Of a stretch of DNA of 64,000 nt, positions 60,954 to 64,000 are shown in pieces. Every line of letters begins with the position of its first letter. Within the stretch, counting starts at the first letter, position 1. Position numbers and translations under genes: made by a program. Origin of the DNA: Alphaproteobacteria bacterium (lineage in GTDB: Bacteria > Pseudomonadota > Alphaproteobacteria > UBA7887); assembly GCA_965216755.1 (NCBI GenBank), contig CBDCGL010000011.1:1952001-2016000 (forward strand), read 5' to 3'. The notes under the pieces were generated by a model. That model was given only the letters and a program-made list of their open reading frames with translations. It was not told where the DNA came from and did no database searches.

Positions 60954-61194
60954 ACGATCACATTTCGTGTCGTTTTTTCGCCATCCATCACACCTAAATT
61001 TACCGCAATTCCGCATGATTCCGCCATATTCGTGGCATCCGCGCAACGGACGCGATGATGGCCCGGTCAAGATCCATTTGGACCATTGATTCGAGCCACA
61101 CCCGTCCAATATCGATTGGGCAGGCCGCCGGGAGGGGAGTGGCTCGACGCCTGAGACGGATTGTGTACTGGACAGTCAGAATGGCCCCGATGCG

Positions 61195-61377
61195 ATGTAC
61201 TATGTAATTGGCGGTGAATATACCGACACGGCGTTTGCAACCCTCATCCCCGGCACCGAAGAATGCCACGGCCCCATGTCGATCAACGAGGCTCTGGCCC
61301 TATGGAAAGGCCTTTCCATGCATGCGATCGACAACTGCATGGTGCGCTATACGATCGAGCAGACGCCCAGCCACTAG
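61195..61377 (+). CDS. DUF4170 family small protein
   Basis: YVIGGEYTDTAF…HGP…W…IDNCMVRYTI. Confidence 0.75.
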   Translation: MYYVIGGEYTDTAFATLIPGTEECHGPMSINEALALWKGLSMHAIDNCMVRYTIEQTPSH

Positions 61378-61592
61378 AAATAGAATCCATTGACCTGGCC
61401 TGGGCCGGACGTCAGGCGTCCGGCCCGCGCTGCCAGTTCCGCAGTAATGGCGCACTTTGCGTCACAACATCCACTGACATGACCACATCGACATGGCAGA
61501 CTGCTGTGTTGGTGTCTGAAACGATCAAACACCTTCAGACCTCGCGATCGCTCGTCTGACCACCCCTGACACGTCGGCGCCGCGATAAATGG

Positions 61593-62111
61593 ATGAAGAA
61601 CAGCATCGGTCCGATGGTTACGATCCGGCGGCTTCAGCTCAAAGACGTGTCACAAAACTATGTGGCCTGGCTGAATGACGACGATGTTGTCAAATACACC
61701 GAACAAAGATGGCGGAAACACACCATCGACGATGTGCGCGACTATGTCTCACGCACGTTGAGCTCCGACACGGAATTTCTCTACGGAATATTTGTCGACG
61801 GCGAACATGTCGGAAACATCAAACTCGGGGCGGTGAGCCGGCATCACAAGACAGCTTGGATAAGCTTCCTCATCGGCAACAAGGCTTTTTGGGGCCATGG
61901 AGTCGCGACCGCCGCAATCGCGGCGTTGATCAAGATCGCGTTTACTGAGTTTGATTTGGAGAAGCTGTCCGCCGGCACGTATGCAAACAACACGGCCTCG
62001 GAGATCGCCCTAAAGCGAAACGGTTTCAAGCTGGAGGCCGTGCGCGAAAAGCAATACGTCTTCGATGGTGAGAGGATCGATGCGCGACTGTTCGGACTGT
62101 TGCGCGACTAA
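61593..62111 (+). CDS. RimJ/RimL-type GNAT N-acetyltransferase
   Basis: YVAWLND, HVGNIKL, IGNKAFWGHGVAT, N.AS…KRNGFKLE. Confidence 0.88.
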   Translation: MKNSIGPMVTIRRLQLKDVSQNYVAWLNDDDVVKYTEQRWRKHTIDDVRDYVSRTLSSDTEFLYGIFVDGEHVGNIKLGAVSRHHKTAWISFLIGNKAFWGHGVATAAIAALIKIAFTEFDLEKLSAGTYANNTASEIALKRNGFKLEAVREKQYVFDGERIDARLFGLLRD

Positions 62112-62151
62112 TCTTTTCACGGTTTTTGCGGCAAGACCGCATTCACGATCA

Positions 62152-63699
62152 TCACTCCCACTCAATCGTACCGGGTGGTTTCGAGGTGATGTCGTACACG
62201 ACCCGATTGATGCCGCGGACTTCGTTGGTGATGCGGTTAGAAATCCGATTCAGCAGTGCCGTCGGGAATGGATAGACATCGGCGGTCATGCCGTCCGACG
62301 ACGTCACCGCACGCAAAGCGCAAACATGATCGTAGGACCGACTGTCACCCATGACACCGACAGATTTGACCGGTAACAAGACGGCAAACGCCTGCCAAAT
62401 GGCATCATAAAGGCCGGCCGTGCGAATCTCTTCGATATAGATCGCGTCCGCCTGCCTTAAGATCCGAAGCTTGTCTTGGGTCACCGCGCCAGGAATGCGA
62501 ATCGCCAAGCCTGGCCCGGGAAACGGATGCCGCCCGACCATGTCGTCCGGTAAACCCAACGTCCGCCCCAAAGCCCGAACCTCGTCCTTGAATAGCATGC
62601 GCAGCGGTTCAACAAGGTCCATGCGCATTCGTTCCGGCAAGCCGCCGACATTGTGATGGGATTTGATCGTGACGCTAGGCCCACCGGTCGGCGCGACCGA
62701 CTCGATCACATCAGGATACAGCGTGCCCTGAGCCAGAAATTCGGCGCCGCCCGCGCTGATCGCTTCTTCCTCGAATATGTCTATGAACGTCGCGCCGATG
62801 ATCTTGCGCTTCCGCTCCGGATCGGTCGTGCCTTCCAACCGTCCCAAAAATTGTTCCGACGCATCCCGGTGCACCAACCGAATGTTAAAACGGTCGCGAA
62901 AAACGGACACCACTTGCGCCGCCTCGCCTCCGCGCAGCAGACCATGGTCGACAAAGACACAGGTCAATTGATCGCCGATCGCCTCATGCAAAAGTGCCGC
63001 CGTCACGGATGAGTCAACGCCACCGGAAAGCCCACAAATAACGCGACCCTGACCAACTTGTTCCCGGACCCGCGCGATCGCCGCATCACGAAACGAGTCC
63101 ATCGTCCAGTCGCCGGCGCATCCCGCCACATTTCGGGTGAAGTTGCGCAGCAGCGCCGCGCCATGCGGCGTGTGAACAACTTCCGGATGAAACTGCAGCC
63201 CATAGCAGTGCCGTTCATCATCGGCGATAGCCGCAAAGGGCGCATGATCGGTCCGCGCCACCGCGCGAAACCCCGGCGGCAACGACGTGACCCGATCGCC
63301 GTGACTCATCCATACCTGTTCGCGCGTTCCCTGTTCCCACACGCCGTGAAAAAGATCGCAATCGTCGACCACATCAATTGTTGCGCGGCCAAATTCACGG
63401 TGGTCCGCCGTTTCCACAGCACCACCAAGCTGAACGCACATGGCCTGCTGGCCATAACATATACCGAGCACCGGTACGCCGGCGGCAAACGCTTGATCTG
63501 GGGCCCGCGGCGCATCCCCTTCGGCGACCGACGCAGGTCCACCGGACAATATTATGGCACGTGGAGGCCGCTCGCCGATCGATGCCGCGGCGTGTTGATA
63601 GGGGATAATCTCCGAATAAACGCCGGCTTCGCGCACGCGGCGCGCGATCAGCTGCGTGACTTGGGATCCGAAATCGACGATCAGAACCCGGTCCGTCAT
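62152..63699 (-). CDS. guaA: GMP synthase (glutamine-hydrolysing)
   Basis: [51 protein letters not shown]. Confidence 0.98.
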   Translation of the reverse strand: MTDRVLIVDFGSQVTQLIARRVREAGVYSEIIPYQHAAASIGERPPRAIILSGGPASVAEGDAPRAPDQAFAAGVPVLGICYGQQAMCVQLGGAVETADHREFGRATIDVVDDCDLFHGVWEQGTREQVWMSHGDRVTSLPPGFRAVARTDHAPFAAIADDERHCYGLQFHPEVVHTPHGAALLRNFTRNVAGCAGDWTMDSFRDAAIARVREQVGQGRVICGLSGGVDSSVTAALLHEAIGDQLTCVFVDHGLLRGGEAAQVVSVFRDRFNIRLVHRDASEQFLGRLEGTTDPERKRKIIGATFIDIFEEEAISAGGAEFLAQGTLYPDVIESVAPTGGPSVTIKSHHNVGGLPERMRMDLVEPLRMLFKDEVRALGRTLGLPDDMVGRHPFPGPGLAIRIPGAVTQDKLRILRQADAIYIEEIRTAGLYDAIWQAFAVLLPVKSVGVMGDSRSYDHVCALRAVTSSDGMTADVYPFPTALLNRISNRITNEVRGINRVVYDITSKPPGTIEWE

Positions 63700-63735
63700 G
63701 GCGCCATACGGCCCGATCCGCCTGGCGCGTCCCGG

Positions 63736-63999
63736 TTAGCTCGTGTGGTTGACACGATAGAGTTCAACCGCTTCCTTGAGTTCGTAAAAATCATCACAAC
63801 CAAAAAGGCATATAATGTCGAGCTGGCGAAGATGTTGTTCCGCCATATCGAGCCGGTCGACCTCAAGGTAGGCCTCGCCAATATAGTGGTGCGCGCCGGT
63901 ATGCTCAGGATTGATCTCCAACGCGCGGCGATAATATCGAAACGCGTCGTCGAAGCTTTGCAACTGCCGATGAATATAGCCCAGATGGTTAAAGGCATC
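63736..63999 (-). CDS. TPR-repeat protein, 5'-truncated by the window edge
   Basis: Frame is open to the edge: DAFNHLGYIHRQL…YYRRALEINPEHTGAHHYIGEAYL…C..GC. Confidence 0.85.
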   Translation of the reverse strand, partial: DAFNHLGYIHRQLQSFDDAFRYYRRALEINPEHTGAHHYIGEAYLEVDRLDMAEQHLRQLDIICLFGCDDFYELKEAVELYRVNHTS

Positions 64000-64000
64000 G

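Noticed and set aside
1-64000. CRISPR arrays, tRNA/rRNA genes, transposases, integrases, prophage genes
   Set aside because: No regularly spaced direct repeats, cloverleaf or rRNA signatures, or matching protein motifs seen by eye. A tRNAscan/Rfam run would be needed to exclude small RNAs fully.

Overview
Chromosomal segment of a GC-rich (about 60% by eye) alphaproteobacterium, probably Rhodospirillales-like (inferred from gene content and order). Most of the window (about 15-64 kb) is conserved housekeeping synteny: rnd, ppx-ppk1, hdaA, purM/purN, ndk, holC-pepA, lptFGD-surA-rsmA, gmk-yicC-mltG-fabF-acpP-fabG-fabD, rpsF-rpsR-rplI, cfa-dnaB-alr-mlaEF-radA-cvpA-purF, der-bamB-like-yfgM-like and guaA. 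The unusual material is in the first 15 kb. (1) A hairpin-rich 3' region follows nrdJ. (2) A secreted metzincin-TPR gene is divergent from a FeeM/LuxI-like acyltransferase fused to an intact cyclic-nucleotide-binding domain. (3) An approximately 8.5 kb accessory block lies between aspS and rnd. It is centred on an intact PQQ alcohol dehydrogenase with the lanthanide-type D-Y-D motif. Around it are four apparently decayed genes that the ORF track fragments or misses: a frameshifted cytochrome c, a Sel1-like remnant, a Rap1a-like paralog remnant and a possible maleate-isomerase-like remnant. The block also holds a perfect 29-bp inverted repeat carrying GntR-type operator-like boxes and a perfect FNR box. 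Also notable: pdxA is missing from its usual place between surA and rsmA, and two DnaA boxes precede dnaB. I saw no rRNA, tRNA, CRISPR array, transposase or integrase. All calls come from reading motifs by eye; no database search was run.
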